64,000 nt of DNA from the human T2T-CHM13v2.0 reference genome, Homo sapiens (GCF_009914755.1 NC_060925.1); one strand, 5' to 3'; positions 19,930 to 33,470 are shown, counted from the stretch's first letter. Notes: generated by a model not told the origin, from the letters alone. Numbers and translations: made by a program.

Positions 19930-20102
19930 GCTCAGCAGGGAGCTGCTGGATGAGAAAGAGCCTGAAGTCTTGCAGGACTCACTGGATAGATGTTATTCGA
20001 CTCCTTCAGGTTATCTTGAACTGCCTGACTTAGGCCAGCCCTACAGCAGTGCTGTTTACTCATTGGAGGAACAGTACCTTGGCTTGGCTCTTGACGTGGA
20101 CA
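19930..20102 (+). CDS. NBPF: Unit 2 HLS2-type large exon behind an HLS1-type intron (hybrid domain)
   Basis: 173 nt; ORF 19877 begins FFTFSHFSR (HLS1 intron) but continues [10 protein letters not shown] (HLS2). Confidence 0.93.
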
Positions 20103-20811
20103 GTGAGTACCTTACTGTGAAGGTGATAAGCCTCCACCTGGTCTTCCAGATAGGGGTGATATTCCTGTTCCAAGTGCCCCTTACTGACCCGAGAGACGTC
20201 ATTGCCGCAGGCAGGACCTATGGGCGCATATAGGTTGTAATGAAACTGTAGTCTCAGTTGGAAGCCTAGACATGAAATGGGTCAGTGAGCAAGGCTCTAT
20301 TCCTAGTCTCCAGCCATGCCTGTGGCAACCTGAGCCCGCTCTCAGCACATTGGACCCAGGCAGATGTAAAAAATTCACAGAAGTATGATTTGGACTCAAG
20401 GGTTTGTAGATTTCCTCCTTCATTCTAATTTCAGTGTCTAAAATTCTTGCATCCATGAACGAGCTGGGCATTTGATGAGACAGGGCTGAATACTTTAGTT
20501 TTCCTCCTGGAAATCATCTGGGGCATTTTCTTTGAACTGATGGGAACAATAAAGCATAACTGTTTGCACAAACTTGGGATAAATGATTTTGGGATAACGA
20601 TCTACCAGAATGGGGATATTTCACCCTTGGTTCTGAGATGCAAACCAAAGAATATCATGACCAGCTTTCAGGCCTCCTGAAGTATATCTCTCACATTGTC
20701 CTGTTCTCATGCTGAGGAGCCTGAGATCCCTGTGTGGGGATTAGACAGTGGACTGTTATGGGTGTAGGTGAATTGGCTTATTTTGTCTGTCCCTGTCTGA
20801 ATGTATTGCAG

Positions 20812-20863
20812 GAATTAAAAAGGACGAAGAAGAGGAAGAAGACCAAGACCCACCATGCCCCAG
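20812..20863 (+). CDS. NBPF: Unit 2 HLS3 small exon
   Basis: 52 nt, AG/GT flanked. Confidence 0.92.
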
Positions 20864-21251
20864 GTAACTGAGCAATTGTGAACAGCTACTTCTGTGTTGA
20901 CATCTGGAGACTCCTGGTTCAGGGAAAACAGAGCGGGCTGACATTATCGATTACATCTTTTCAACCAAGCCTGAATTATTCCTACTAACATTGCTGTTGG
21001 TTTTCATTGCAGTAGATATTTAGGTTTCCATTTCTTCCTCCCCTTATCATTTACTAACCTACTGTAGGTGGACCAGACTTCAAAAACTGTATTCTCATGG
21101 CGACTGCATGGAAACTTGAGCACATTTTATGGAAAATTATTGAGCACAGTCTTTTCATGATCCCTGTATGCTGTGTGTCCTGAGGGCACTAACTCAGAGT
21201 GTCCTGTTACTCCCTCATCAGTGTGTCACCTGGACAATTCACTGAGCTCGT

Positions 21252-21325
<74 letters not shown>

Positions 21326-21521
21326 TATCTGTCTTTCTCTTTCATTCTTTTCCATTTGGCCCTGTTCTGTCCCAACATGAAGGCAACAATTTGTTACCTC
21401 ATTAATGGATCTATCCTTTTAGTTTTTTAACCACTTCCCTATGCTACCCATGAAACCTAGTTGGGGCTCTGTTGTGTCTGATTTCCCCTGGCTTATTCTT
21501 TACTTTTTCCTCCTTTTCCAG

Positions 21522-21694
21522 GCTCAGCAGGGAGCTGCTGGAGGTAGTAGAGCCTGAAGTCTTGCAGGACTCACTGGATAGATGTTATTCAACTCCTTCC
21601 AGTTGTCTTGAACAGCCTGACTCCTGCCAGCCCTATGGAAGTTCCTTTTATGCATTGGAGGAAAAACATGTTGGCTTTTCTCTTGACGTGGGAG
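21522..21694 (+). CDS. NBPF: Unit 2 HLS3 large exon
   Basis: 173 nt, AG/GT flanked. Confidence 0.93.
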
Positions 21695-22408
21695 GTGAGT
21701 ACCTTTCTATGAAGGTGATGAGGATCCACTGAGTCCTCCATATAAAGATCATATTCCTGCTCCAAGTGGCCATTACTGAGCTGAGAGATGTCATTGCCAC
21801 AGGGAGGACCTATAGGCACATGTAGGTTGAATGAAACTCTAGTTCTACCTGGAAGCCCAGACAAGGGATGCGTCAGTGAGCAAGACTCTCTTCCTAGTCT
21901 CAGGCCATACCTGTGGCGCCCTGATCCTATTCTCATGACATTGGACCTGGGCAGATGTGACAAATTCAGAGAACTATGATTTTGACTCAAGGGTTTGTAG
22001 ATTTCCTTTTTCACTCTAATTTCAGTGTCTAAAGTCCTCACAACCATGAACAATCTGAGTATTTGATGAGACAGGGCTAAATATTGCAGTTTTTCTCCTA
22101 GAAATCATTTGAGGGTATTTGCTTTAAGTTGATTGGAAAAATATGGCGTAACTGTTTGCAGAAACTTGGGACAAATGATATTGGGATAACGATCTACTAG
22201 AATAGGGACATTTTACCCACAGTTTCTGGGAGAAAAACCGAGGAATTTCTATCATGACCAGCCTTCAGGCCTCCTGAAATATATCTCTCACAGTGTCCTA
22301 TTCTTATGCTGAGGAGCCTGAGGTCCCTGTGTGAGGATTAGACAGTGGATTGTTATGTGTGTAGGGGAATCAGCTTAATGTGTCTGTCCATGTCTGAATT
22401 TATTGCAG

Positions 22409-22517
22409 AAATTGAAAAGAAGGGGAAGGGGAAGAAAAGAAGGGGAAGAAGATCAAAGAAGGAAAGAAGAAGGGGAAGAAAAGAAGGGGAAGAAGATCAA
22501 AACCCACCATGCCCCAG
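22409..22517 (+). CDS. NBPF: Unit 3 polybasic HLS1 small exon
   Basis: 109 nt, AG/GT flanked. Confidence 0.92.
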
Positions 22518-23119
22518 GTGACTTTCAGCAATTGTGGATGCTTAATTCTGTGTTAACACCTGGAGGCAACAGATTCAGGGAAACCAGAGTGTGTTTGATG
22601 ACATGTTTTCAGCGAAGGCTGAATTACTCCTACTGTCATTGCTGTTGGTTTTCATTGCAGTAGATGTTTAGGTTTCCATTTCTTCCTCCCCTTATCATTT
22701 CCTAACGTACCATAGGTTGACCATACTTCAAAAGCTGTACTCTCATGGCCACTGCATCGAATTTTGAGCATATTTTATGGAAAACTATTGAGCTCACTCT
22801 TTTCATGATCACAGTTTGCTGTGTGTCATGAGGGCACTAACTCAGAGTGTCCTTTGACTCCCTTACCAGTATGTCACCTGGCCAATTCACTAGGTCACTT
22901 TCTCTCTGTCTCTGTCTCTGTCTCTGTCTGTCTCTCTCTTTCATTGTTTTCTATCTGGCCCTGTTCTATCCCAACATAAAGGCAATAATTTGTTACCTCA
23001 TTAATGGATCTGTCCTTTTTCTTTTCAAACTCTTCCTTACGTTAGCCATGAAATCTAGCTGGGGCTGTGTGGTTTCTGATTCCCCCTGGCTTATTCTTTA
23101 CTTTTTCCCACTTTTCCAG

Positions 23120-23292
23120 GCTCAGCAGGGAGCTGCTGGATGAGAAAGGGCCTGAAGTCTTGCAGGACTCACTGGATAGATGTTATTCAACTCCTTCAGG
23201 TTGTCTTGAACTGACTGACTCATGCCAGCCCTACAGAAGTGCCTTTTATGTATTGGAGCAACAGCGTGTTGGCTTGGCTGTTGACATGGATG
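23120..23292 (+). CDS. NBPF: Unit 3 HLS1 large exon
   Basis: 173 nt, AG/GT flanked. Confidence 0.93.
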
Positions 23293-24013
23293 GTGAGTAC
23301 CTTTCTATGAAGGTGATAAGGATCCACTGAGTCTTCTGGTTAGGGTCATATTCCTACTGCAAGTGGCCCTTACTGAGCTGAGAGATGTCATTGCCACAGG
23401 GAGGAACTATAGGCACATGTAGGTTGAGTGAAACTCTAGTTCCACTTGGAAGCCCAGACAAGGGATGGGTCAGTGAGCAAGGCTCTCTTCGTAGTCTCAG
23501 GCCATGCCTGTGGCGCCCTAATCCTACTCTCAAGATGTGGGATCTGGGCAGATGTGACAAATTCACACAACTCTGATTTTGTCTCAATTTTGTAGATCTC
23601 GTAGATTTCATCCTTCACTCTAATTTCAGCGTCTAAAATCCTCGCTACCATGAACAATCTGAGTATTTGATGAGACAGGGCTGAATAGTGCAGTTTTTCT
23701 CCTAGCAGCCATTTGGGGGCATTTGCTTTAAATCGATTGGAAAAATATGGCATAACCATTTGCACAAACTTGGGACAAATGATATTGGGATAACGATCTA
23801 CCAGAATAGGGAATTTTACCCACAGTTTCTGGGACAAAAACCAAGGAATCTCTATGGTGATCAGCCTTCAGGCCTCCTGAAGAATATCTCTCACAGTGTC
23901 CTATTCTCATGCTGAGGAGCCTGAAGTCCCTGTGTGAGGATTAGACAGTGGATTGTTATGTGTGTTTAGGAGAACCAGCTTAATATGTCTGTCCATGTCT
24001 GAACTTATTGCAG

Positions 24014-24065
24014 AAATTGAAAAGTACCAAGAAGTGGAAGAAGACCAAGACCCATCATGCCCCAG
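24014..24065 (+). CDS. NBPF: Unit 3 HLS2 small exon
   Basis: 52 nt, AG/GT flanked. Confidence 0.92.
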
Positions 24066-24661
24066 GTAACTTTGAGCAATTATGGATGCTTAATTCTGTG
24101 TTGACACCTGGAGATGCCAGGTCCAGGGAAAACAAGAGTGTGTTCAATTTCATGTTTTCAACGAAGGTTGAATTACTCCTACTGACATTGCTGTTGGTTT
24201 TCATTGCAGTAGATGTTTAGGTTTCCATTTCTTCCTCCCCTTATCATTTACTCACTTACTATAGGTTGACCATACCTCAAAGGCTGTATGGCAACTGCAT
24301 GGAATCTTGAGCAAGTTTATGGAAAATTATTGAGCCCACTCTTTTCGTGATCACTGTTCGCTGTGTGTCCCGAGGGCACTAACTCAGAGTGTCCTTTGAC
24401 CCCTTCATCAGTGTGTCACCCGGCCAATTCGCTGAGCTCACTTTCTCCTCTCTCTCTCTCTCCCTCTCCCTGTCTTTCTCTTTCATTCTTTTCTACCTGG
24501 CCCTGGTCTATCCCAACATAAAGGCAATAATTCATTACCTCATTAATGGATCTGTCCTTTTTCTTTTTAAACAGTTCCTTATGTTAGCCATGAAATCTAG
24601 CTGGGGCTGTGTGGTTTCTGATTCCCCCTGGCTTATTCTTTACTTTTTCCTACTTTTCCAG

Positions 24662-24834
24662 GCTCAGCAGGGAGCTGCTGGATGAGAAAGAGCCTGAAGT
24701 CTTGCAGGACTCACTGGATAGATGTTATTCGACTCCTTCAGGTTATCTTGAACTGCCTGACTTAGGCCAGCCCTACAGCAGTGCTGTTTACTCATTGGAG
24801 GAACAGTACCTTGGCTTGGCTCTTGACGTGGACA
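24662..24834 (+). CDS. NBPF: Unit 3 HLS2 large exon
   Basis: 173 nt, AG/GT flanked. Confidence 0.93.
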
Positions 24835-25543
24835 GTGAGTACCTTACTGTGAAGGTGATAAGCCTCCACCTGGTCTTCCAGATAGGGGTGATATTCCTGT
24901 TCCAAGTGCCACTTACTGACCCGAGAGACGTCATTGCCGCAGGCAGGACCTATGGGCGCATATAGTTTGTAATGAAACTGTAGTCTCAGTTGGAAGCCTA
25001 GACATGAAATGGGTCAGTGAGCAAGGCTCTATTCCTAGTCTCCAGCCATGCCTGTGGCAACCTGAGCCCGCTCTCAGCACATTGGACCCAGGCAGATGTA
25101 AAAAATTCACAGAAGTATGATTTGGACTCAAGGGTTTGTAGATTTCCTCCTTCATTCTAATTTCAGTGTCTAAAATTCTTGCATCCATGAACGAGCTGGG
25201 CATTTGATGAGACAGGGCTGAATACTTTAGTTTTCCTCCTGGAAATCATCTGGGGCATTTTCTTTGAACTGATGGGAACAATAAAGCATAACTGTTTGCA
25301 CAAACTTGGGATAAATGATTTTGGGATAACGATCTACCAGAATGGGGATATTTCACCCTTGGTTCTGAGATGCAAACCAAAGAATATCATGACCAGCTTT
25401 CAGGCCTCCTGAAGTATATCTCTCACATGGTCCTGTTCTCATGCTGAGGAGCCTGAGATCCCTGTGTGGGGATTAGACAGTGGACTGTTATGGGTGTAGG
25501 TGAATTGGCTTATTTTGTCTGTCCCTGTCTGAATGTATTGCAG

Positions 25544-25595
25544 GAATTAAAAAGGACGAAGAAGAGGAAGAAGACCAAGACCCACCATGCCCCAG
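25544..25595 (+). CDS. NBPF: Unit 3 HLS3 small exon
   Basis: 52 nt, AG/GT flanked. Confidence 0.92.
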
Positions 25596-25989
25596 GTAAC
25601 TGAGCAATTGTGAACAGCTACTTCTGTGTTGACATCTGGAGACTCCTGGTTCAGGGAAAACAGAGCGGGCTGACATTATCGATTACATCTTTTCAACCAA
25701 GCCTGAATTATTCCTACTAACATTGCTGTTGGTTTTCATTGCAGTAGATATTTAGGTTTCCATTTCTTCCTCCCCTTATCATTTACTAACCTACTGTAGG
25801 TGGACCAGACTTCAAAAACTGTATTCTCATGGTGACTGCATGGAAACTTGAGCACATTTTATGGAAAATTATTGAGCACAGTCTTTTCATGATCCCTGTA
25901 TGCTGTGTGTCCTGAGGGCACTAACTCAGAGTGTCCTGTTACTCCCTCATCAGTGTGTCACCTGGAGAATTCACTGAGCTCGTTCTCTG

Positions 25990-26037
<48 letters not shown>

Positions 26038-26229
26038 TGTCTTTCTCTTTCATTCTTTTCCATTTGGCCCTGTTCTGTCCCAACATGAAGGCAACAATTT
26101 GTTACCTCATTAATGGATCTATCCTTTTAGTTTTTTAACCACTTCCCTATGCTACCCATGAAACCTAGTTGAGGCTCTGTTGTGTCTGATTTCCCCTGGC
26201 TTATTCTTTACCTTTTCCTCCTTTTCCAG

Positions 26230-26402
26230 GCTCAGCAGGGAGCTGCTGGAGGTAGTAGAGCCTGAAGTCTTGCAGGACTCACTGGATAGATGTTATTCAA
26301 CTCCTTCCAGTTGTCTTGAACAGCCTGACTCCTGCCAGCCCTATGGAAGTTCCTTTTATGCATTGGAGGAAAAACATGTTGGCTTTTCTCTTGACGTGGG
26401 AG
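26230..26402 (+). CDS. NBPF: Unit 3 HLS3 large exon
   Basis: 173 nt, AG/GT flanked. Confidence 0.93.
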
Positions 26403-27116
26403 GTGAGTACCTTTCTATGAAGGTGATAAGGATCCACTGAGTCTTCCATATAAAGATCATATTCCTGCTCCAAGTGGCCATTACTGAGCTGAGAGATGTC
26501 ATTGCCACAGGGAGGACCTATAGGCACATGTAGGTTGAATGAAACTCTAGTTCTACCTGGAAGCCCAGACAAGGGATGGGTCAGTGAGCAAGACTCTCTT
26601 CCTAGTCTCAGGCCATACCTGTGGCGCCCTGATCCTATTCTCATGACATTGGACCTGGGCAGATGTGACAAATTCAGAGAACTATGATTTTGACTCAAGG
26701 GTTTGTAGATTTCCTTTTTCACTCTAATTTCAGTGTCTAATGTCCTCACAACCATGAACAATCTGAGTATTTGATGAGACAGGGCTAAATATTGCAGTTT
26801 TTCTCCTAGAAATCATTTGAGGGTATTTGCTTTAAGTTGATTGGAAAAATATGGCGTAACTGTTTGCACAAACTTGGGACAAATGATATTGGGATAACGA
26901 TCTACTAGAATAGGGACATTTTACCCACAGTTTCTGGGAGAAAAACCGAGGAATTTCTATCATGACCAGCCTTCAGGCCTCCTGAAATATATCTCTCACA
27001 GTGTCCTATTCTTATGCTGAGGAGCCTGAGGTCCCTGTGTGAGGATTAGACAGTGGATTGTTATGTGTGTAGGGGAATCAGCTTAATGTGTCTGTCCATG
27101 TCTGAATTTATTGCAG

Positions 27117-27225
27117 AAATTGAAAAGAAGGGGAAGGGGAAGAAAAGAAGGGGAAGAAGATCAAAGAAGGAAAGAAGAAGGGGAAGAAAAGAAGGGGAAG
27201 AAGATCAAAACCCACCATGCCCCAG
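27117..27225 (+). CDS. NBPF: Unit 4 polybasic HLS1 small exon
   Basis: 109 nt, AG/GT flanked. Confidence 0.92.
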
Positions 27226-27833
27226 GTGACTTTCAGCAATTGTGGATGCTTAATTCTGTGTTAACACCTGGAGGCAACAGATTCAGGGAAACCAGAGTGT
27301 GTTTGATGACATGTTTTCAGCGAAGGCTGAATTACTCCTACTGTCATTGCTGTTGGTTTTCATTGCAGTAGATGTTTAGGTTTCCATTTCTTCCTCCCCT
27401 TATCATTTCCTAACGTACCATAGGTTGACCATACTTCAAAAGCTGTACTCTCATGGCCACTGCATCGAATTTTGAGCATATTTTATGGAAAACTATTGAG
27501 CTCACTCTTTTCATGATCACAGTTTGCTGTGTGTCATGAGGGCACTAACTCAGAGTGTCCTTTGACTCCCTTACCAGTATGTCACCTGGCCAATTCACTA
27601 GGTCACTTTCTCTCTGTCTCTGTCTCTGTCTCTGTCTCTGTCTGTCTTTCTCTTTCATTGTTTTCTACCTGGCCCTGTTCTATCCCAACATAAAGGCAAT
27701 AATTTGTTACCTCATTAATGGATCTGTCCTTTTTCTTTTCAAACTCTTCCTTACGTTAGCCATGAAATCTAGCTGGGGCTGTGTGGTTTCTGATTCCCCC
27801 TGGCTTATTCTTTACTTTTTCCCACTTTTCCAG

Positions 27834-28006
27834 GCTCAGCAGGGAGCTGCTGGATGAGAAAGAGCCTGAAGTCTTGCAGGACTCACTGGATAGATGTTAT
27901 TCAACTCCTTCAGGTTGTCTTGAACTGACTGACTCATGCCAGCCCTACAGAAGTGCCTTTTATGTATTGGAGCAACAGCGTGTTGGCTTGGCTGTTGACA
28001 TGGATG
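27834..28006 (+). CDS. NBPF: Unit 4 HLS1 large exon (EKEP variant)
   Basis: 173 nt, AG/GT flanked. Confidence 0.93.
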
Positions 28007-28727
28007 GTGAGTACCTTTCTATGAAGGTGATAAGGATCCACTGAGTCTTCTGGTTAGGGTCATATTCCTACTGCAAGTGGCCCTTACTGAGCTGAGAGAT
28101 GTCATTGCCACAGGGAGGAACTATAGGCACATGTAGGTTGAGTGAAACTCTAGTTCCACTTGGAAGCCCAGACAAGGGATGGGTCAGTGAGCAAGGCTCT
28201 CTTCGTAGTCTCAGGCCATGCCTGTGGCGCCCTAATCCTACTCTCAAGATGTGGGATCTGGGCAGATGTGACAAATTCACACAACTCTGATTTTGTCTCA
28301 ATTTTGTAGATCTCGTAGATTTCATCCTTCACTCTAATTTCAGCGTCTAAAATCCTCGCTACCATGAACAATCTGAGTATTTGATGAGACAGGGCTGAAT
28401 AGTGCAGTTTTTCTCCTAGCAGCCATTTGGGGGCATTTGCTTTAAATCGATTGGAAAAATATGGCATAACCATTTGCACAAACTTGGGACAAATGATATT
28501 GGGATAACGATCTACCAGAATAGGGAATTTTACCCACAGTTTCTGGGACAAAAACCAAGGAATCTCTATGGTGATCAGCCTTCAGGCCTCCTGAAGAATA
28601 TCTCTCACAGTGTCCTATTCTCATGCTGAGGAGCCTGAAGTCCCTGTGTGAGGATTAGACAGTGGATTGTTATGTGTGTTTAGGAGAACCAGCTTAATAT
28701 GTCTGTCCATGTCTGAACTTATTGCAG

Positions 28728-28779
28728 AAATTGAAAAGTACCAAGAAGTGGAAGAAGACCAAGACCCATCATGCCCCAG
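28728..28779 (+). CDS. NBPF: Unit 4 HLS2 small exon
   Basis: 52 nt, AG/GT flanked. Confidence 0.92.
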
Positions 28780-29375
28780 GTAACTTTGAGCAATTATGGA
28801 TGCTTAATTCTGTGTTGACACCTGGAGATGCCAGGTCCAGGGAAAACAAGAGTGTGTTCAATTTCATGTTTTCAACGAAGGTTGAATTACTCCTACTGAC
28901 ATTGCTGTTGGTTTTCATTGCAGTAGATGTTTAGGTTTCCATTTCTTCCTCCCCTTATCATTTACTCACTTACTATAGGTTGACCATACCTCAAAGGCTG
29001 TATGGCAACTGCATGGAATCTTGAGCAAGTTTATGGAAAATTATTGAGCCCACTCTTTTCGTGATCACTGTTCGCTGTGTGTCCCGAGGGCACTAACTCA
29101 GAGTGTCCTTTGACCCCTTCATCAGTGTGTCACCCGGCCAATTCGCTGAGCTCACTTTCTCCTCTCTCTCTCTCTCCCTCTCCCTGTCTTTCTCTTTCAT
29201 TCTTTTCTACCTGGCCCTGGTCTATCCCAACATAAAGGCAATAATTCATTACCTCATTAATGGATCTGTCCTTTTTCTTTTTAAACAGTTCCTTATGTTA
29301 GCCATGAAATCTAGCTGGGGCTGTGTGGTTTCTGATTCCCCCTGGCTTATTCTTTACTTTTTCCTACTTTTCCAG

Positions 29376-29548
29376 GCTCAGCAGGGAGCTGCTGGATGAG
29401 AAAGAGCCTGAAGTCTTGCAGGACTCACTGGATAGATGTTATTCGACTCCTTCAGGTTATCTTGAACTGCCTGACTTAGGCCAGCCCTACAGCAGTGCTG
29501 TTTACTCATTGGAGGAACAGTACCTTGGCTTGGCTCTTGACGTGGACA
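29376..29548 (+). CDS. NBPF: Unit 4 HLS2 large exon
   Basis: 173 nt, AG/GT flanked. Confidence 0.93.
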
Positions 29549-30257
29549 GTGAGTACCTTACTGTGAAGGTGATAAGCCTCCACCTGGTCTTCCAGATAGG
29601 GGTGATATTCCTGTTCCAAGTGCCCCTTACTGACCCGAGAGACGTCATTGCCGCAGGCAGGACCTATGGGCGCATATAGGTTGTAATGAAACTGTAGTCT
29701 CAGTTGGAAGCCTAGACATGAAATGGGTCAGTGAGCAAGGCTCTATTCCTAGTCTCCAGCCATGCCTGTGGCAACCTGAGCCCGCTCTCAGCACATTGGA
29801 CCCAGGCAGATGTAAAAAATTCACAGAAGTATGATTTGGACTCAAGGGTTTGTAGATTTCCTCCTTCATTCTAATTTCAGTGTCTAAAATTCTTGCATCC
29901 ATGAACGAGCTGGGCATTTGATGAGACAGGGCTGAATACTTTAGTTTTCCTCCTGGAAATCATCTGGGGCATTTTCTTTGAACTGATGGGAACAATAAAG
30001 CATAACTGTTTGCACAAACTTGGGATAAATGATTTTGGGATAACGATCTACCAGAATGGGGATATTTCACCCTTGGTTCTGAGATGCAAACCAAAGAATA
30101 TCATGACCAGCTTTCAGGCCTCCTGAAGTATATCTCTCACATGGTCCTGTTCTCATGCTGAGGAGCCTGAGATCCCTGTGTGGGGATTAGACAGTGGACT
30201 GTTATGGGTGTAGGTGAATTGGCTTATTTTGTCTGTCCCTGTCTGAATGTATTGCAG

Positions 30258-30309
30258 GAATTAAAAAGGACGAAGAAGAGGAAGAAGACCAAGACCCACC
30301 ATGCCCCAG
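30258..30309 (+). CDS. NBPF: Unit 4 HLS3 small exon
   Basis: 52 nt, AG/GT flanked. Confidence 0.92.
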
Positions 30310-30693
30310 GTAACTGAGCAATTGTGAACAGCTACTTCTGTGTTGACATCTGGAGACTCCTGGTTCAGGGAAAACAGAGCGGGCTGACATTATCGATTAC
30401 ATCTTTTCAACCAAGCCTGAATTATTCCTACTAACATTGCTGTTGGTTTTCATTGCAGTAGATATTTAGGTTTCCATTTCTTCCTCCCCTTATCATTTAC
30501 TAACCTACTGTAGGTGGACCAGACTTCAAAAACTGTATTCTCACGGTGACTGCATGGAAACTTGAGCACATTTTATGGAAAATTATTGAGCACAGTCTTT
30601 TCATGATCCCTGTATGCTGTGTGTCCTGAGGGCACTAACTCAGAGTGTCCTGTTACTCCCTCATCAGTGTGTCACCTGGACAATTCACTGAGC

Positions 30694-30762
<69 letters not shown>

Positions 30763-30963
30763 GTGTCTATCTGTCTTTCTCTTTCATTCTTTTCCATTTG
30801 GCCCTGTTCTGTCCCAACATGAAGGCAATAATTTGTTACCTCATTAATGGATCTATCCTTTTAGTTTTTTAACCACTTCCCTATGCTACCCATGAAACCT
30901 AGTTGGGGCTCTGTTGTGTCTGATTTCCCCTGGCTTATTCTTTACTTTTTCCTCCTTTTCCAG

Positions 30964-31136
30964 GCTCAGCAGGGAGCTGCTGGAGGTAGTAGAGCCTGAA
31001 GTCTTGCAGGACTCACTGGATAGATGTTATTCAACTCCTTCCAGTTGTCTTGAACAGCCTGACTCCTGCCAGCCCTATGGAAGTTCCTTTTATGCATTGG
31101 AGGAAAAACATGTTGGCTTTTCTCTTGACGTGGGAG
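30964..31136 (+). CDS. NBPF: Unit 4 HLS3 large exon
   Basis: 173 nt, AG/GT flanked. Confidence 0.93.
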
Positions 31137-31850
31137 GTGAGTACCTTTCTATGAAGGTGATGAGGATCCACTGAGTCTTCCATATAAAGATCATATTCCT
31201 GCTCCAAGTGGCCATTACTGAGCTGAGAGATGTCATTGCCACAGGGAGGACCTATAGGCACATGTAGGTTGAATGAAACTCTAGTTCTACCTGGAAGCCC
31301 AGACAAGGGATGGGTCAGTGAGCAAGACTCTCTTCCTAGTCTCAGGCCATACCTGTGGCGCCCTGATCCTATTCTCATGACATTGGACCTGGGCAGATGT
31401 GACAAATTCAGAGAACTATGATTTTGACTCAAGGGTTTGTAGATTTCCTTTTTCACTCTAATTTCAGTGTCTAAAGTCCTCACAACCATGAACAATCTGA
31501 GTATTTGATGAGACAGGGCTAAATATTGCAGTTTTTCTCCTAGAAATCATTTGAGGGTATTTGCTTTAAGTTGATTGGAAAAATATGGCGTAACTGTTTG
31601 CAGAAACTTGGGACAAATGATATTGGGATAACGATCTACTAGAATAGGGACATTTTACCCACAGTTTCTGGGAGAAAAACCGAGGAATTTCTATCATGAC
31701 CAGCCTTCAGGCCTCCTGAAATATATCTCTCACAGTGTCCTATTCTTATGCTGAGGAGCCTGAGGTCCCTGTGTGAGGATTAGACAGTGGATTGTTATGT
31801 GTGTAGGGGAATCAGCTTAATGTGTCTGTCCATGTCTGAATTTATTGCAG

Positions 31851-31959
31851 AAATTGAAAAGAAGGGGAAGGGGAAGAAAAGAAGGGGAAGAAGATCAAAG
31901 AAGGAAAGAAGAAGGGGAAGAAAAGAAGGGGAAGAAGATCAAAACCCACCATGCCCCAG
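31851..31959 (+). CDS. NBPF: Unit 5 polybasic HLS1 small exon
   Basis: 109 nt, AG/GT flanked. Confidence 0.92.
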
Positions 31960-32356
31960 GTGACTTTCAGCAATTGTGGATGCTTAATTCTGTGTTAACA
32001 CCTGGAGGCAACAGATTCAGGGAAACCAGAGTGTGTTTGATGACATGTTTTCAGCGAAGGCTGAATTACTCCTACTGTCATTGCTGTTGGTTTTCATTGC
32101 AGTAGATGTTTAGGTTTCCATTTCTTCCTCCCCTTATCATTTCCTAACGTACCATAGGTTGACCATACTTCAAAAGCTGTACTCTCATGGCCACTGCATC
32201 GAATTTTGAGCATATTTTATGGAAAACTATTGAGCTCACTCTTTTCATGATCACAGTTTGCTGTGTGTCATGAGGGCACTAACTCAGAGTGTCCTTTGAC
32301 TCCCTTACCAGTATGTCACCTGGCCAATTCACTAGGTCACTTTCTCTCTGTCTCTG

Positions 32357-32387
<31 letters not shown>

Positions 32388-32577
32388 GTCTTTCTCTTTC
32401 ATTGTTTTCTACCTGGCCCTGTTCTATCCCAACATAAAGGCAATAATTTGTTACCTCATTAATGGATCTGTCCTTTTTCTTTTCAAACTCTTCCTTACGT
32501 TAGCCATGAAATCTAGCTGGGGCTGTGTGGTTTCTGATTCCCCCTGGCTTATTCTTTACTTTTTTCCACTTTTCCAG

Positions 32578-32750
32578 GCTCAGCAGGGAGCTGCTGCATG
32601 AGAAAGGGCCTGAAGTCTTGCAGGACTCACTGGATAGATGTTATTCAACTCCTTCAGGTTGTCTTGAACTGACTGACTCATGCCAGCCCTATAGAAGTGC
32701 CTTTTACATATTGGAGCAGCAGCGTGTTGGCTTGGCTGTTGACATGGATG
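32578..32750 (+). CDS. NBPF: Unit 5 HLS1 large exon (LLHEKGP, FYIL variants)
   Basis: 173 nt, AG/GT flanked. Confidence 0.93.
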
Positions 32751-33470
32751 GTGAGTACCTTTCTATGAAGGTGATAAGGATCCACTGAGTCTTCTGGTTA
32801 GGGTCATATTCCTACTGCAAGTGGCCCTTACTGAGCTGAGAGATGTCATTGCCACAGGGAGGACCTATAGGCACATGTAGGTTGAATGAAACTCTAGTTC
32901 CACTTGGAAGCCCAGACAAGGGATGGGTCAGTGAGCAAGGCTCTCTTCCTAGTCTCAGGCCATGCCTGTGGCGCCCTAATCCTACTCTCATGACATTGGA
33001 CCTGGGCAGATGTGACAAATTCACACAACTCTGATTTTGTCTCAATTTTGTAGATCTTGTAGATTTCATCCTTCACTCTAATTTCAGCGTCTGAAATCCT
33101 CGCTACCATGAACAATCTGAGTATTTGATGAGACAGGGTGAATAGTGCAGTTTTTCTCCTAGCAACCATTTGGGGGCAATTGCTTTAAATCGATTGGAAA
33201 AATATGGCATAACCATTTGCACAAACTTGGGACAAATGATATTGGGATAACGATCTACCAGAATAGGGAATTTTACCCACAGTTTCTGGGACAAAAACCA
33301 AGGAATCTCTATGGTGATCAGCCTTCAGGCCTCCTGAAGACTATCTCTCACAGTGTCCTATTCTCATGCTGAGGAGCCTGAAGTCCCTGTGTGAGGATTA
33401 GACAGTGGATTGTTATGTGTGTTTAGGAGAACCAGCTTAATATGTCTGTCCATGTCTGAACTTATTGCAG

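Noticed and set aside
19207-22408. Doublet interpreted as a 1.5-kb deletion from a normal triplet
   Set aside because: Private variants shared with the adjacent upstream 3.2 kb favour tandem duplication
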